From an uncultured Ilumatobacter sp. (GTDB taxonomy: Bacteria; Actinomycetota; Acidimicrobiia; Acidimicrobiales; Ilumatobacteraceae): a stretch of DNA of 64,000 bases. Of the stretch, positions 38,019-45,744 are shown piece after piece (the stretch's first letter is position 1; every line of letters begins with the position of its first letter). Where the stretch lies: NCBI GenBank assembly GCA_937919625.1, contig CALFRK010000003.1, forward strand, positions 8,886 to 72,885. Reading direction: 5' to 3'. The notes below the pieces were generated by a model. That model was given only the letters and a program-made list of their open reading frames with translations. It searched no databases and had not been told where the DNA came from. Position numbers and translations under genes: made by a program.

Positions 38019-38085
38019 CGAGTACCGACCCTTCAGATTTCGGTGATCGGGCGGTTGGCACGATCGAGAACGACCACCTGCCGCG

Positions 38086-38739
38086 TCACGCCCGGGTCGC
38101 CGCGTCGAGCCGGTTTGAAAGAGCGGTCTTGACCGTCGGCCACTCTTCGCGAATCACCGAATACACGGCGGTCTGCCGCGGTTCGGGTTGGGCTGTGTCG
38201 TACTTCAGGCGATAGTTGCGCAGGATGCCCTCGAACGTGGCGCCGATTCGCAAGATCGCTTCGCGGCTTCGCAGGTTGTCGGCATCGGTGCAGATCGCCA
38301 CCCGCCACACGCCGAGTGTCTCGAAGGCGTGGCTCAGCAAGAGGCACTTGGCCTCGGTGTTGATACCGGTCTGCTGCGCGTTGGCGCCCAACCAGGTTCC
38401 ACCGATCTCGATCTCGTCAGGTTGTGTGCGGCCCCGCCACCAGTGCATATCGAGGTACCGGGTGCAGCCAACCAGATCGCCGGTGTCGGTGCGCCGCTGG
38501 GCGAATGGCAGCACCTTTGCTTGATCGCGGTCGGCCAGCAGTGCGTCGATGTAGGCCTGCATAGCTGGCACTCCATCGGGTACTAAAGTGTGGGTGAACG
38601 TGGAGCGGTCGATCGCCGCTGCGGCGGCGAGACCCTCGGCGTGGCTGGGCTCGAGCGGCTCGAGTCGCACATGGCGGCCTACGAGCGTGAGCGGGTCGAG
38701 TGGTGCGGGCACGGGCTGAACGGTAGCGGAGTGCCACAA
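38086..38739 (-). CDS. GNAT family N-acetyltransferase (RimJ/RimL-like)
   Basis: L.GRHVRLEPLEPSHAEGL at the N-terminus and a GNAT core (IGGTWLG...QQTGINTEA). The start is uncertain; I used the TTG at 38739. Confidence 0.7.
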   Translation of the reverse strand: MWHSATVQPVPAPLDPLTLVGRHVRLEPLEPSHAEGLAAAAAIDRSTFTHTLVPDGVPAMQAYIDALLADRDQAKVLPFAQRRTDTGDLVGCTRYLDMHWWRGRTQPDEIEIGGTWLGANAQQTGINTEAKCLLLSHAFETLGVWRVAICTDADNLRSREAILRIGATFEGILRNYRLKYDTAQPEPRQTAVYSVIREEWPTVKTALSNRLDAATRA

Positions 38740-38862
38740 TCGGCTGATGCACACTATTCTGTGTCGAGAGTACGAGCTGATCGGCGACCTGGTTGAACGA
38801 TCCGTCGATCCGCTGGGCAACCTCGCCGAACCGTGGGCTACCGGCAAGCTGGTCGTGGTGCC

Positions 38863-40020
38863 ATGAACAGCGTCAACGATCGATTCGGCCTGCGGTCACT
38901 CGACATCGAGGCGTTGCGTGCCAGGGATGGGGCAAAGTGGCAGTCGCGTCAAGCCCGATTCTCGGCGTGGGTGGCCGACATGGACTTCCCCGTTGCTCCT
39001 GCCATTGCCGATGCCATGCGCCAGGTGATCGATCAAAACGCATTCGGGTATCCGAACTGGGGCGGGCCGTACGCGCTCTCGCCGGCCGCCAAGTTGTTTG
39101 GCCAGCGGATGTCCGACCGTTATGGCTGGGAGCTGCGGCCCGACCGCGTGAGCGACATGATCGACGTGCTGCAGGGGGTGCGTGCGACGGTGTTGCACTT
39201 GTCCAAGCCCGGTGACGGCGTGGTGTTGCATATGCCCGCATATCACCCGTTCCTAGACACGGTCTCCGACATGAGTCGTCGGCTGGTACCAGTGGTGCAA
39301 CGCGAGGGAGGATTCGACTACGACGCCCTCGAAACCGAGCTGGCGGTGTCGGGCGCCTCGATCTGGATTCTGTGCAATCCCCACAACCCGCTCGGGTATG
39401 TGTTCGGTCGGGCGGAGCTCGAGCGGATTGCCGAGATCGCCGAACGTTTTGACCTGATCGTGATCTCCGACGAGATTCACGCCGACCTCACGATGCCGGG
39501 GTACACGCACGTGCCGTTCGAGTCGTTGGGCCCCGAGGCCTCGGCGCGGGCGGTCACCTTGGCATCCGGTTCGAAGGCTTTCAATCTGGCCGGCTTGCGG
39601 TGGGCCGTGATGCACACCGGCAGCGATCGGATGCAAGCGGTCTTCGACGGTCTGCCCGGTCACTATTTCGGGGCTCCGAATCTGATGGCGGTTACGGCCA
39701 CTGTCGCGGCGTGGACGCACGGTGACGAATGGCTCGCCGCCGTGATCGAGGTACTCGACGAGAACAGGCACGCTCTGACCGACCTGCTCGCGCAGCATCT
39801 CCCCGGTGTCGGTTATCAGCCGCCTCAGGCGACGTATCTGGCGTGGCTCGACTGCACGGCGCTCGGGTTCGGGTCCGACCCGGCCCAGCTGTTCCACGAG
39901 CGCGGTGTCGCACTGAGCGCCGGCCCAGATTTCGGTCCGCAGGGTGCCGGCCACGCCCGTCTCAACATCGCCACCAGCCCCTCGGTACTCGCATCCACGA
40001 TCAAAGCAATGGCCAGCTGA
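38863..40020 (+). CDS. PatB/MalY-type PLP C-S lyase or aminotransferase (class I/II)
   Basis: ALRARDGAKW...WVADMDFPVAP, CNPHNPLG and SGSKAFNLAGLR (PLP lysine). Confidence 0.8.
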   Translation: MNSVNDRFGLRSLDIEALRARDGAKWQSRQARFSAWVADMDFPVAPAIADAMRQVIDQNAFGYPNWGGPYALSPAAKLFGQRMSDRYGWELRPDRVSDMIDVLQGVRATVLHLSKPGDGVVLHMPAYHPFLDTVSDMSRRLVPVVQREGGFDYDALETELAVSGASIWILCNPHNPLGYVFGRAELERIAEIAERFDLIVISDEIHADLTMPGYTHVPFESLGPEASARAVTLASGSKAFNLAGLRWAVMHTGSDRMQAVFDGLPGHYFGAPNLMAVTATVAAWTHGDEWLAAVIEVLDENRHALTDLLAQHLPGVGYQPPQATYLAWLDCTALGFGSDPAQLFHERGVALSAGPDFGPQGAGHARLNIATSPSVLASTIKAMAS

Positions 40021-40022
40021 CT

Positions 40023-40049
40023 GCCACGTTGTGTCAGGCACAACGTGGC
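40023..40049. terminator. 11-bp-stem hairpin between convergent genes, paralogous to 17149..17179
   Basis: gccacgttgtg-tcagg-cacaacgtggc fills the 31-nt gap between the two stop codons. Confidence 0.5.
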
Positions 40050-40051
40050 GT

Positions 40052-40249
40052 TTAGTGGAGGGTGCGGATCGCCATCAGGCCGAGCACCACGGCGCCGATA
40101 CCGATCACGAGTTGCACCAACGCCCGCTCGCGGCGAACGGCCCATGTTGCAGCGACCGTGACGGCGAGCACCACGATCACCTGGATTAATGCGGTCCGGT
40201 CGGAGTGCGGCAACAGGATGTCGCGGATCGGGGTATCGCCGGCGATCAT
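40052..40249 (-). CDS. small two-TM membrane protein
   Basis: MIAGDTPIRDILLP...ALIQVIVVLAVTVAATWAV...LVIGIGAVVLGLMAI. Its ATG overlaps the stop of the DUF3179 gene (ATGA). Confidence 0.5.
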   Translation of the reverse strand: MIAGDTPIRDILLPHSDRTALIQVIVVLAVTVAATWAVRRERALVQLVIGIGAVVLGLMAIRTLH

Positions 40250-41637
40250 CCTGCTGCGGTGACGAGTCCGGTGTCGGGCTGGAAGGTCGACCATGCGAAC
40301 CAGAAGGTGTCGACGTGGGAGAGTGCCTCGAGCCGTTTGCCCTTCAGCTCACCGCTCACCGCGTGGCCGAGCACGTTCCATGACGAGCCCGTCTGATCAT
40401 CGATGAACAGCCCTTCAGCGGCGGCGATGAAGGTCAATGCGGTACCGGCGGCCTCGGGGAGAAACACCCCGGTCGCTCCGACGTCGTACCCGTCGGCGAC
40501 GCTCGAAGAATCGAGTGCCGAGGCCGTTCCCGCCGTCCACCAGGCAACAAAGGCGGTCTCGCTTACCTCGCCTGTGAGCACGCCCGCCTTCTGAAGATCG
40601 ACCAGGGGCACGCCGACCGCCTCGCCGTCGCCCTCGATCCCGACGATCCGGGTGAGGGCGGTGTAGCGGCCGTCGACCTCGCCCTGGAACAGAAACGGGA
40701 CACCGTCGACGTCGTCATAGCCGGGATACGGGTTGCGCCCGTACGAGCGGTCGAAGCCGGTGTCCTTGCTGAGCACCAGGCCATCCGGGTTGGCGTCGCG
40801 CCACATGCTCCAGGCCACGGTCGACAGAGCGAAGTCTTCGAGTTCGATGCCGGTCAGCTGGCCCAGGATGGCCTGTCCGGTGAAGTGGCTCCAGAGCGTC
40901 TCGGTTTGGCGGTCGTACATCACCAGCGAGGAGTTCAACAGTAGCCCCGAGGTCCCGAAGTCGAGCACCTGGTCGGTTCCGTCGATCGTCACCCGACGGT
41001 CTAGGGCCAACGCCGAGTTGCACAGCGGGCAGTAGGTGACGCTGACGGGGATGCCGCCGACCGTGTCATTGACGATCTCGTGCCAGGTCAGGATCTGCAC
41101 CGGGTAGGCGCGGGCGTCGCCGTTGATCTCGAGCGCCAACACGGGTTCATTGTCGGCGAGAAAGTCGACATCGTCGGGGTTCAGAAATAGCGGCTCGTCG
41201 ATCGGCGGAATTCCGTCGGGGGGCGGCCCCCCGCTACGGAGCTCAGCCAGATCGATCAGTGGCTCGGGAAAATCGGAGGGCACCACCTGGTTCTGCCATG
41301 CCCCGATTCCGCTGTTTACGACATTGAGCGGCGACGAGGCGATCCGGTCGACCGCGAACGGTTGATTTCCCGTGGACACGGGTGGGTTGCCACTCACAGG
41401 CGTGTCGCTGATCGACCCACCAGTCGGGTCTTCATTCGGGTCTTCATTCGGGTCTTCATTCGGGTCTGCGGCCGGGTCTTCATTCGGGTCTTCATTCGAG
41501 CTTTCAAAACCGCCGCCGCCGGTTGTGGGCGCGCTCCGCGAGCCGGCGGCGTCGGATTCGGTTGAGCCACAGGCGGCGAGCAGGAGCAGGCCGACCACTG
41601 CCACGGAGCCCGCTCGTACGGTGATTTTGCCTTGCAT
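40246..41637 (-). CDS. DUF3179 domain lipoprotein
   Basis: Lipobox LLLAAC, an (NEDP)n linker, and a DUF3179 core PPPDGIPPIDEP...YPVQILTWHEIVND...VTYCPLCNSA. Confidence 0.8.
   Translation of the reverse strand: MQGKITVRAGSVAVVGLLLLAACGSTESDAAGSRSAPTTGGGGFESSNEDPNEDPAADPNEDPNEDPNEDPTGGSISDTPVSGNPPVSTGNQPFAVDRIASSPLNVVNSGIGAWQNQVVPSDFPEPLIDLAELRSGGPPPDGIPPIDEPLFLNPDDVDFLADNEPVLALEINGDARAYPVQILTWHEIVNDTVGGIPVSVTYCPLCNSALALDRRVTIDGTDQVLDFGTSGLLLNSSLVMYDRQTETLWSHFTGQAILGQLTGIELEDFALSTVAWSMWRDANPDGLVLSKDTGFDRSYGRNPYPGYDDVDGVPFLFQGEVDGRYTALTRIVGIEGDGEAVGVPLVDLQKAGVLTGEVSETAFVAWWTAGTASALDSSSVADGYDVGATGVFLPEAAGTALTFIAAAEGLFIDDQTGSSWNVLGHAVSGELKGKRLEALSHVDTFWFAWSTFQPDTGLVTAAG
41426..41497. repeat. 12-bp in-frame tandem repeat, six units (one variant)
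   Basis: gggtcttcattc x3, then gggtctgcggcc, then gggtcttcattc x2. It encodes NEDP/AADP repeats in the lipoprotein linker. Confidence 0.9.
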
Positions 41638-41732
41638 GGACGGGAAACACGGTCAGGCGCGCTTCTTGTTCCGCGGTTACTTCTCGAGCGCCGTTGTGGA
41701 ATGCCGATTTCGCCCTACCGTGTTTCCTCGTC

Positions 41733-42629
41733 GTGCTGAACGGACCGTTTGCCCTCGCTCTCACCGCTGGAATGGCGGCGACCGTCAACCCTTGTGGGTT
41801 CGCGTTGTTGCCTGCCTACCTGTCCGCGTTTGTCGGGCTCGACGACGGCAGCAGCAAGTCGAGCGCGGTTGGCCGCGGCCTGAAGGTCTCGGCGGTGTTG
41901 ACGCTCGGTTTTGTCGCCGTGTTCGGCCTGATCGGCATCGTGATCACCAAGTTCATCAGTGGCATCCAGGAATACCTGCCGTGGGCGACGGTCGTGATCG
42001 GGGCCGGTTTGGTCGGTCTCGGCATCTATCTGCTGGCGGGCCGCCAACTCGTGGTGAACATTCCCAAGCTGCAAAAGGGCGGCGCAGATGGCACATTGCT
42101 GTCGATGTTCCTGTTCGGCGTGTCGTATGCCGTCGCATCGCTGTCGTGCACGCTTGGCCCCTTCTTGGCGGTCACCTCCACCACGTTTCGCAATGAGAGC
42201 TATCTGTCGGGCGTGATGGTGTTCGTGTTGTACGGATTAGGGATGGGCATCGTGGTCAGCGTGCTCACATTGGCGGTGGCCTTGGCGAAGGATGGCTTGG
42301 TCAGCAAGTTCCGCTCGCTGCTGCCGAAGATGAACATCTTCGCCGGAGTGTTCTTGATCATTGCTGGCGCCTACGTTGCCTACTACGGCTACTACGAGGT
42401 GCGGCTGTTCTTCTTCGACGGTCCGGTCGATGACCCGGTCATAGGGTTCGGCGAGGACATCCAGACCTGGCTCGTAAACAAGATGCCCACCACCAAGAAC
42501 TACGGATGGTTCCTGTTGGGTTCGGCGGCGATGATCGGTAGCGCGGTTGGCTGGCAGATGACCCGACGGTGCGATGCGGTCGAGTTGGAAGCAGCAACGG
42601 ACACCGACAAGACACCGACGACGATCTGA
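41733..42629 (+). CDS. CcdA/DsbD-family thiol:disulfide transporter membrane protein
   Basis: TM1 motif TVNPCGFALLPAYL, a second Cys motif ASLSCTLGPFLAV, and about 6 TM segments. The TTG at 41694 is an alternative start. Confidence 0.8.
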   Translation: MLNGPFALALTAGMAATVNPCGFALLPAYLSAFVGLDDGSSKSSAVGRGLKVSAVLTLGFVAVFGLIGIVITKFISGIQEYLPWATVVIGAGLVGLGIYLLAGRQLVVNIPKLQKGGADGTLLSMFLFGVSYAVASLSCTLGPFLAVTSTTFRNESYLSGVMVFVLYGLGMGIVVSVLTLAVALAKDGLVSKFRSLLPKMNIFAGVFLIIAGAYVAYYGYYEVRLFFFDGPVDDPVIGFGEDIQTWLVNKMPTTKNYGWFLLGSAAMIGSAVGWQMTRRCDAVELEAATDTDKTPTTI

Positions 42630-42762
42630 TATGAAAGCCAGGCGAACCTTTCAGGCGACGGCTGGCTTCTGCATCGCAGCGCCAACCCGCCCCGTGCATC
42701 TCGCGCCAGAACTGGGTTCGTGACCCACGTCTCGAGAACGGGCCACAACTTCTTGCTGTCTG

Positions 42763-43110
42763 TCAGAGTGAGGCAACGCCCGCTTTGAGGGCAGCCAGGC
42801 CGTTGCTGCTGATGCAGTAGTGGGTTCGGGGTCCTTCGATTTCACCCTGCACGAGGCCGGCTTGGCGGAGTACGCGTAGGTGTTCGGACACGGTCGACTG
42901 GGCCAGGCCGAGTTCGATGACGACGTCACCTGTGATGCAGGTTTGTTGGGCGGAGAGGATTCGCAGAATCTTGATTCGGGCCGGGTGGGCGAGGGCTTTG
43001 GCGAGCGCCGCGAGCGTGTCGTCATTGGGTGGCGAAATGTCGGATCGGGCTGGTGAAGGCTCGATACATTCGCGTTCTGGTGGGTCTAGTTGGTGATCGG
43101 TGCTGATCAT
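42763..43110 (-). CDS. arsR: ArsR family transcriptional regulator
   Basis: LAKALAHPARIKILRIL...ITGDVVIELGLAQSTVSEHLRVLRQAGLV. Its ATG overlaps the ACR3 stop by 1 nt. Confidence 0.85.
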   Translation of the reverse strand: MISTDHQLDPPERECIEPSPARSDISPPNDDTLAALAKALAHPARIKILRILSAQQTCITGDVVIELGLAQSTVSEHLRVLRQAGLVQGEIEGPRTHYCISSNGLAALKAGVASL

Positions 43111-44219
43111 CAGGTCGAATCCTCGGTCGTGTCTGTCGCGATCGTGGGGTAGTAGTGGCGACGGGCCCACAGGGCCACATAGACGAGCCCGACGAGGACC
43201 GGGACCTCGATGAGGGGGCCGACGACGCCGGCGAGTGCCTGGCCGGAGGCGACCCCGAACACGCCGATCGACACCGCGATCGCGAGTTCGAAATTGTTGC
43301 CGGCAGCGGTGAATGCGATCGACGCGTTGCGTTCGTAGGGGAAGCCGAGTCGCAGCCCGGCGAAGAATGATCCAAACCACATGATGGAGAAATAGACGAG
43401 CAGTGGGAGCGCAATGCGAGCGACGTCCCAAGGTTGGTTGGTGATGCGTTCTCCTTGAAGCGCAAACAGGATCACGATCGTGAACAGCAAGCCGTAGAGG
43501 GCAACGGGTCCGATGCGAGGCAGGAAGCGAGTCTCGTACCACTCGGTGCCTTTGGCGCGTTCGCCAAAGGTGCGGGTGAGGAACCCGGCAAGCAGTGGGA
43601 CGCCCAGGAAGACGAGAACGGATTTGGCGATCTCCCAAATCGTGACGTCGATGCCGTCACTGTCGAGTCCGAGCCAGCCGGGGAGCAGTTCGAGGTAGAA
43701 GTATCCGAGCAGCGAGTAGGCGACGATCTGGAAAAGTGAGTTGATCGCCACGAGGACGGCAGCGAGCTCGCGGCTGCCGGCGGCGAGGTCATTCCAGATC
43801 AGGACCATCGCGATGCAACGTGCGAGGCCGACGATAATCAGCCCGGTCCGGTACTCGGGCAGGTCCGGCAGCATCAGCCAAGCGAGCGCGAACATCACCG
43901 CCGGGCCGATCAGCCAATTCAGTACGAGCGACGTTACGAGCGAGCGCCGGTCGAGCGACTCGCCCATCGCCCGGTAGTTCACCTTGGCGAGCACCGGGTA
44001 CATCATGGCCAACAGCCCGACCGCGATCGGGAGTGAGACGGTGTCGATCTTGACCCGGTCGAGCTGGTCGTTGAGGTCGGGGAAGGCGCGACCGAGCAGG
44101 ATCCCGGCCAGCATTGCGGCGCCGATCCACACCGGCAAGTATCGATCGAGTCTTGAGAGCTGCTCGGTCGGCGCCGTTTCCGACCCGGTGCTGACGGGTG
44201 TGGTGTGTTCGGTTGTCAA
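43110..44219 (-). CDS. acr3: ACR3 family arsenite efflux transporter
   Basis: LDRYLPVWIGAAMLAGILLG...LLAMMYPVLAKVNY...LVLNWLIGP...CIAMVLIWN. TTG start. Confidence 0.9.
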   Translation of the reverse strand: MTTEHTTPVSTGSETAPTEQLSRLDRYLPVWIGAAMLAGILLGRAFPDLNDQLDRVKIDTVSLPIAVGLLAMMYPVLAKVNYRAMGESLDRRSLVTSLVLNWLIGPAVMFALAWLMLPDLPEYRTGLIIVGLARCIAMVLIWNDLAAGSRELAAVLVAINSLFQIVAYSLLGYFYLELLPGWLGLDSDGIDVTIWEIAKSVLVFLGVPLLAGFLTRTFGERAKGTEWYETRFLPRIGPVALYGLLFTIVILFALQGERITNQPWDVARIALPLLVYFSIMWFGSFFAGLRLGFPYERNASIAFTAAGNNFELAIAVSIGVFGVASGQALAGVVGPLIEVPVLVGLVYVALWARRHYYPTIATDTTEDST

Positions 44220-44278
44220 GACGTTCCTTGGTTGTTAGACGGTGATGGTGGCCGACGCGGTTTCGGCACTCACTCGAG

Positions 44279-44578
44279 CTGACTTATCGTAGATCGTCGA
44301 TTGGCGATAAGGCAAGCCGACCGACGGTCGACAATTCCCGCAGTCAATTTCGGGCGTTGCGATCGGGCACAAGTTCTGCCGCTCGTCGTCTGCGGAGTTG
44401 GCCGCACAGCGGATCCTTCGTCGATGGTGTTGACCCAACACTGCAGGTCCGCCGCCTCCCGATCCCGCGCTTTCCGTACCAACTCGTGTGGGTGCAGTCC
44501 GGCGCTTACGTCCACGTGATCGCTGTGGCACACGATGCCCGCTGGCCGGGTTACTGGAGCGCCCGTATCCCCGAGTAG
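44279..44578 (+). pseudogene. ParE/RelE-family toxin-like gene without canonical start codon or antitoxin
   Basis: The frame is open from 44243. C-terminal RRLRSWPHSGSFVDGVDPTLQVRRLPIPRFPYQLVWVQSGAYVHVIAVAHDARWPGYWSAR fits the ParE pattern (FP.sG, FPY, viAv.H..R.PgyW). The first ATG/GTG/TTG is at 44357, mid-domain. Confidence 0.4.
44283..44311. promoter_or_regulatory. 29-bp imperfect palindrome upstream of acr3, candidate ArsR operator
   Basis: CTTATCG-tag-ATCG-t-CGAT-tgg-CGATAAG is centred at 44297, 64-92 nt upstream of the acr3 start. It also lies inside the ParE-like reading frame. Confidence 0.3.
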
Positions 44579-44615
44579 CGGGGGTTGGTGGCAGCTGCCA
44601 CCAACCTTGCATCGG

Positions 44616-44832
44616 ATCGAGCGGGGCACGCTCTGCGACGAATCGCTCGAGTTCGGCGTGGGTGAACCGTACGCTCCGGCCAATTCACACTGGTGCGAGT
44701 TCGCCGGCCCAGATCAGCTGATAGAGCGAGGTCCTTAGAGGTCTTTCCGAACGCCAGCAGCCGGGCCGCCTTAGGCACGGTGAGCAGCAGAGGTGCCTTG
44801 TCTATTCCAGACAGATCGTGTGGGCGACTCAT
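44616..44832 (-). pseudogene. excisionase-family (HTH_17/MerR-like) DNA-binding gene, disrupted
   Basis: [32 protein letters not shown], then a frameshift, then [13 protein letters not shown], an in-frame TGA (44685..44687), and IGRSVRFTHAELERFVAERAP. Confidence 0.55.
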
Positions 44833-44973
44833 GTGGTAGCACCTTCGTTTTGCGACCTGCTGATTGCAGCGACCGCAGAACTAGCGGACCTGACTGTGCT
44901 GCACGTCGACCAGGACTTCGAGCTGATCGCCGAGTTCACCGGACAACATATGGAATGCCTCGAACTCAGTTGA
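44833..44973 (+). pseudogene. 3' fragment of a PIN-domain (VapC) toxin gene
   Basis: ...[43 protein letters not shown]. No N-terminal half is possible because the excisionase remnant occupies the upstream DNA on the other strand. Confidence 0.5.
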
Positions 44974-45040
44974 CCCACAGCGCAGAACGACGCCCCGCGA
45001 GGCTCGAACAAGGCGTGCAGTAGGCGCATCGGGCGCGTTG

Positions 45041-45072
45041 TGCCTGCCTGCCTGCCTGCCTGCCTGCGTGCG
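45041..45072. repeat. tetranucleotide microsatellite (TGCC)6(TGCG)2
   Basis: Read directly from the sequence. It lies 10 nt upstream of a TTGTCA-17 nt-TAATGA promoter-like pair (45083..45111) preceding the ORF at 45130. Confidence 0.95.
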
Positions 45073-45129
45073 TGGTCGCGTCTTGTCAACGCATGGTGCG
45101 ACTCGTAATGAGCTGCAAGACTTGACGTG

Positions 45130-45546
45130 ATGGCGAAGATGAACGTCAACCGAGCACAAGGCGGCGACGATGACTTTGGTGCCGTTGGGGCCGAGCCGAC
45201 GATGCCTGCGAAGTATTCCGGGATGTGCGCCACGTGTAGACAGCGGTTCGCCATCGGTGACCCGATCGCCTCTGTTCTCGTCGACAAGAAGACGACCTAC
45301 CACCACGGAGCATGCCGGTACCCGGCAACGGCTCTCCTCGCCCAGGACGCGGCCGATGTCGGGGCTACCACGCGCAAAGCATCGAAGCCGAGCCTGTGCC
45401 AGGCGACGACCAACAAGGGCAAGCCGTGCAGCAACACCCCACAGAAGGGCGAGCGGTTCTGTGGTCCGCATCTCACCCAGCTCGTCGCTCGGCCCTCACC
45501 CGACAGGCGATCAACCGCCCAGCCCGACCACGACGAACCGTTCTGA
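45130..45546 (+). CDS. hypothetical protein with two Cys/His zinc-ribbon-like motifs
   Basis: CATCRQRF...YHHGAC and CQATTNKGKPCSNTPQKGERFCGPH. Third-position bias is consistent with coding. I recognise no family. Confidence 0.5.
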   Translation: MAKMNVNRAQGGDDDFGAVGAEPTMPAKYSGMCATCRQRFAIGDPIASVLVDKKTTYHHGACRYPATALLAQDAADVGATTRKASKPSLCQATTNKGKPCSNTPQKGERFCGPHLTQLVARPSPDRRSTAQPDHDEPF

Positions 45547-45744
45547 CGTCGGCCCAAACTGCCGAGAGGTTATCTCGCCGCAGTTCACGGACACGCATAA
45601 CAACAGCACCGTACGACTCGCCGTAAGGTCCGGCGAGGCGTACCGATCGGCGCGTCCGCGTACGCACTGCGGTGACTGAGTCGCGCCATCCCGGACCATG
45701 CACACTGGTGGCTCGTCGGTTCGCAGATTTGGAGCCGTAGTAGC

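Noticed and set aside
41426-41497. Tandem repeats checked as a possible CRISPR array (also 25235..25327)
   Set aside because: The 12-bp units are contiguous with no spacers and lie in frame inside a gene. The 60-bp repeat has only two copies. There are no cas genes in the window.
41372-42196. 274-aa plus-strand ORF with SSFG repeats
   Set aside because: The repeats are only the antisense reading of the 12-bp VNTR in the DUF3179 gene, and the rest is out of frame with ccdA.
42690-42735. Possible att-like partial copy of a tRNA T-arm (ctgggttcgtgaccca), considered as the left boundary of the island
   Set aside because: Only about 13 of 16 nt match, and it is in the opposite orientation to the tRNA-Lys gene. 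That is not the direct repeat expected for an att site.
44829-45471. Minus-strand ORFs of 152 and 196 aa across the microsatellite region
   Set aside because: They have no recognisable domains. Their 3' parts are the mirror image of the plus-strand vapC fragment, and they are antisense to the better-supported ORF at 45130.
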